A program made the translations under genes and the position numbers. The notes below the pieces were generated by a model. The model was not told the DNA's origin. It was given only the letters and a program-made list of their open reading frames with translations, and ran no database searches. Source: an uncultured candidate division Zixibacteria bacterium (GTDB lineage Bacteria; Zixibacteria; MSB-5A5; UBA10806; 4484-95). Taken from it: DNA of 64,000 nt. The DNA is taken from positions 384,001-448,000 of the forward strand of contig CAXXKA010000008.1 in NCBI GenBank assembly GCA_963668625.2, read 5' to 3'. This document shows, one piece after another, positions 60,792-64,000 of the stretch (positions are counted from its first letter, which is position 1; the number at the start of each line of letters is the position of its first letter).

Positions 60792-61937
60792 TTATATATA
60801 TTTATCTATATTTTTTATGATTTCTTCGACATGTTCTGTCAATTCAAGGTATGAGTCGGGCATCTTTAAAACTAAATCAATTTTATACGTTCCAGAGGGA
60901 TTAGCCCGCTCAAGGGGTTTGGACATTTCTTTTGGAATCTTTTCTATCTGTTCAATAAAGGAGAGGGCTAAACCTGTCAGTTTCGCTTTAATAGAACTCA
61001 TTTTATCAGGTGGATAAGTAGAACTAAATTCTATTTCAAAATCAAGAATATTATCGCAGATATTAATTATGTTGTCTATCGAATCACGAATTACTATCGG
61101 ATCACCTGATTGGCCATTGCTCCCCCATGAGTCAGGAAGAGTCACTTCTATATTATGTTTTAGTATATTTACAAGACTTTCAAAGTCAACGAATCTATCT
61201 TTCAGATAGTTCAGGTAAGCAAGCAAATCCAATGATTTTGCTTTTGAAAAAATATGTCCAGCATTGTAATTTTTTTGTTTGTTTTTTATTTTCTCTAGCT
61301 TTGATTCAAACAGTTCAATTGTTAATAAATACTCCCACAAATCAGGTTTATCTTTCGCGATAGATTGAGCCCTTGCTGACTCGTTGTTAAGTTCAATTAA
61401 AGGTTTTAATTTTCCTTCGTTCTTTTGGTCGATGAGATATTTTAGGAAGTGAGAAAGTTGATTCTTGAGAATATTGATGATATCATTTGAGCTTTCGAAT
61501 TTGAATATCCACTTTTGTTCATTTTTGATGTTTTTAATAAATTCAAATAACTTTGTATCATCGACATGACTGGAAAAATCTGAGCCAGGGTTGTTCTCCC
61601 ACATCGGTAATATATCTAGAATCGATTTTTTTACGAATACGAATGAATCAATACCTTTATCTTTTGACGTGTTATATTCTAAATTTGTAATCGAAATTTT
61701 TGACTCAGGATCAAGCGAGCCGCGCTTTCCTCCAATAATCAAAACAAGAATATCAGCTTCATTATATACGTTTCTTTTACAATTATCTATTGTATTTACG
61801 TCAGGGATTACAGGAAACGAATCGAATTCACTAAGTATTGGTTCATGTCCTAAGCCTTCAATACAATCTTTTAAATTTTCTCTTACTTGAGAAAGATCAT
61901 AATACGTTGAACTTATAAATATCTTTGTTTTACTCAT
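60792..61937 (-). CDS. DUF4062-domain protein
   Basis: KIFISSTYYDL...R, ADILVLIIGGKRGS, SITNLEYNT; ATG at 61937 after gggagg; AT-rich. Confidence 0.85.
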   Translation of the reverse strand: MSKTKIFISSTYYDLSQVRENLKDCIEGLGHEPILSEFDSFPVIPDVNTIDNCKRNVYNEADILVLIIGGKRGSLDPESKISITNLEYNTSKDKGIDSFVFVKKSILDILPMWENNPGSDFSSHVDDTKLFEFIKNIKNEQKWIFKFESSNDIINILKNQLSHFLKYLIDQKNEGKLKPLIELNNESARAQSIAKDKPDLWEYLLTIELFESKLEKIKNKQKNYNAGHIFSKAKSLDLLAYLNYLKDRFVDFESLVNILKHNIEVTLPDSWGSNGQSGDPIVIRDSIDNIINICDNILDFEIEFSSTYPPDKMSSIKAKLTGLALSFIEQIEKIPKEMSKPLERANPSGTYKIDLVLKMPDSYLELTEHVEEIIKNIDKYI

Positions 61938-62178
61938 ATATCCTCCCAATTTTGATAAAAAATATTTACTCATTTTACTATAAAGTGTCAAGGTTTATTC
62001 ACGCAAGTGCAATTATTTAGTACCATACGAGAAGAATTTTAATAATTCAACTACAGTTCAAGATACTCCAAATACGTAATCTTTCCTTATCTGTCTACCC
62101 CCAAAACAAACACAGCTGTTTATTCCAAATTAAGAGTAATAAGATGAATACACAATACTAGTTATAGAAATGGCGATA

Positions 62179-62643
62179 TTATTTTAAACTACCAGGGAAA
62201 AAGATCTTTTTAAATATTGATATTCTACCCTTAAGGGGCGGGGTTACATTATTAGAATTGGATATTAGCTTAGAAAAATGCTCAAGGCATTTTTCAGCTG
62301 GCCGATTGCTCATTGAAATAAGTATTTTATTAAACTTATTTTCAAGCTCTTCATGTTTTATGCTTAAGTTCTTCAGCTTATAATCTGTGTTATCTAGATA
62401 TTCGTTAGTTATTACGTCTTCTGTTGTCTTATTAAGTTTGTTAATAAGAGCTTGGTTTTTGGGGGAAGTTTTAGAATGCATATCTGTACTATTGTCTTTT
62501 GATTTCAAATTAATTAAATTCTGCAATTTTTTCGTAAAATCACTCATAATCATTCTAATATTAGTTAAATTACTATTAATTTCTTTCATATCGCCTGAGA
62601 TCATATATATGGTATCAATAACTTCTGGTTTTACTTCTGCCAT
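62179..62643 (-). CDS. Hypothetical coiled-coil protein
   Basis: 154-aa ORF with RBS aagggg; AT-rich. Confidence 0.6.
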   Translation of the reverse strand: MAEVKPEVIDTIYMISGDMKEINSNLTNIRMIMSDFTKKLQNLINLKSKDNSTDMHSKTSPKNQALINKLNKTTEDVITNEYLDNTDYKLKNLSIKHEELENKFNKILISMSNRPAEKCLEHFSKLISNSNNVTPPLKGRISIFKKIFFPGSLK

Positions 62644-62679
62644 GTATGTACCCCTTCATTAGCAGTATTTGAGAAAAGA

Positions 62680-63198
62680 TTATAGATTATCTAGGAGCAT
62701 AATTGTATTGTTAATTACCTTTTTTGTGATTTTGGTTTCTTCCTTAGTTGCCTTTACGGCTTTAGCTAACTCCTTCAAGGCTACTAATAGATCATCTTCT
62801 GTATAGTGTTGCTTAACATCGTCCTTTTTAACAAAAGAATATTTAGATTTTGATATAATATCAGGCATTTCTTTTAACTCTGTTATGTTTAATTTACAAA
62901 TTCCAATATTTGTATCGGCATCGGTTGAATTTAATGAACCATCTTTTTTAAATAGTTCCATATGCCCAATAATTAGTCCATCAATATTCATTGAATTTGC
63001 AATGCTGGAAATTTGATTATGTATTGCTTGATCAATTGATTTCCTTGGGGCTTTATTACCAATTATATACACCGCAAAGTCGTTATCGATTATCTCCGCA
63101 AGATGCGCTTTATAAAAAGCAAAATTCTGTGTATAGCGTTTTGATTCAACTAAGGAACCAATAAGTAACGTATCAATTATATTTTTATTAGTTAGCAC
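62680..63198 (-). CDS. Hypothetical protein
   Basis: 172-aa ORF, GTG start after aaaggtg; co-oriented with downstream ORF. Confidence 0.6.
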   Translation of the reverse strand: MLTNKNIIDTLLIGSLVESKRYTQNFAFYKAHLAEIIDNDFAVYIIGNKAPRKSIDQAIHNQISSIANSMNIDGLIIGHMELFKKDGSLNSTDADTNIGICKLNITELKEMPDIISKSKYSFVKKDDVKQHYTEDDLLVALKELAKAVKATKEETKITKKVINNTIMLLDNL

Positions 63199-63639
63199 GA
63201 GTACACCTTTTCATTTTAAAAGTTTTGAAGTTTTAGATTACCTATACTCATAAATACAATCGAAGAATTAATATATTCAATTATTACATCCCTCCCTTGT
63301 CATATAAATAAATTATATATAAATACTTCTAATTCTGTTCTGATAAAACTTGATTACTTCAATTTTAAAGCAAGTGACGATAGACAGAATCGATATCTAA
63401 GTCAAGAGAAATATGAAAATGATAACGCAAAACACTGACAGAGTTCTTATGTTTTTTTGTATTACATTAATAGTATATGACTTACGAATTAAGCACATGT
63501 ATCAACTTGAAACGGTTTGAGGCGATTAAAATTTCGTCAGTACGGCGGGGCACGCCTACTCGGAGCATAACTAACCCCCCAAGCCAATCAAACAACATTA
63601 ACATCATTTATAAGCCCAGCCAACCCAGGCACCTAGATC

Positions 63640-63890
63640 GTCCCGTAGGGATGCTTCAAGGCACAGCGCTCCATCCTTCCGCTCACGATAACACGACTTG
63701 CTAAAGCAAGTCATCGCGCGTAGGGGCGTATCGACATACGCCCGGGGCGGTGGGTATGGAAAACCACCTGTAATGCTTATTCCAAGCATACCGCCATGAT
63801 ATCAGATTCCCATTTTCATGGGAATGACATATGCTGTTTTAATGAATGATTAAACATGTGGGCGGCAGACATCCCCGTCTGCCCCTAGCG
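63640..63890. repeat. Cluster of REP-like palindromes
   Basis: GTAG-gggcgtat-cgac-atacgccc (63720-63743; variants at 50079 and 5184), attccca...tgggaat, ggcagac...gtctgcc. Confidence 0.6.
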
Positions 63891-64000
63891 CAGAAAAACA
63901 CCGGGACACGGGCATTACCCCATATCCCGGCGCGGAGATACTAAATCTAGAATACGATCAGCGGTTTTATTATGCCGTCATCTTTGGTTTCCATCAGGTG

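Noticed and set aside
1-64000. CRISPR array, tRNA or rRNA genes
   Set aside because: No regularly spaced direct repeats, cloverleaf or rRNA signatures recognised by eye; the repeats found are dispersed MITE/REP types

Overview
A 64-kb bacterial chromosomal segment that contains the replication origin. Secreted proteins with 'YPNPFN' FlgD/T9SS-like tails, a dockerin-like tail and PorT-type barrels suggest an FCB-related diderm, possibly Zixibacteria-like (inference). Core genes are dnaA, dnaN, recF, coaX, hemW, feoAB with a DtxR regulator, dprA, yigZ, an M16 peptidase pair, an M23 peptidase and an AmmeMemo B-A fusion. The most notable observations are: (1) a 12-kb tandem array of five secreted M1-type metallopeptidases, in which the two outer copies keep HEXXH and the three inner copies have lost it; (2) a signal peptidase I homolog whose Ser/Lys dyad is replaced by Asp/Gly (SipA-like), next to an AT-rich secreted transglutaminase-like operon; (3) dnaA transcribed divergently from dnaN-recF, with DnaA-box clusters and a trio/DUE module between them; (4) an intact IS4 element with a family of 200-320 bp MITEs that share its ends and 9-bp target duplications, carry inverted REP doublets and in two cases contain a second nested element; (5) an XRE-IrrE + MazF module and other AT-rich accessory islets. 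Three genes have single-base homopolymer frameshifts, probably assembly errors. No rRNA, tRNA or CRISPR array was recognised.
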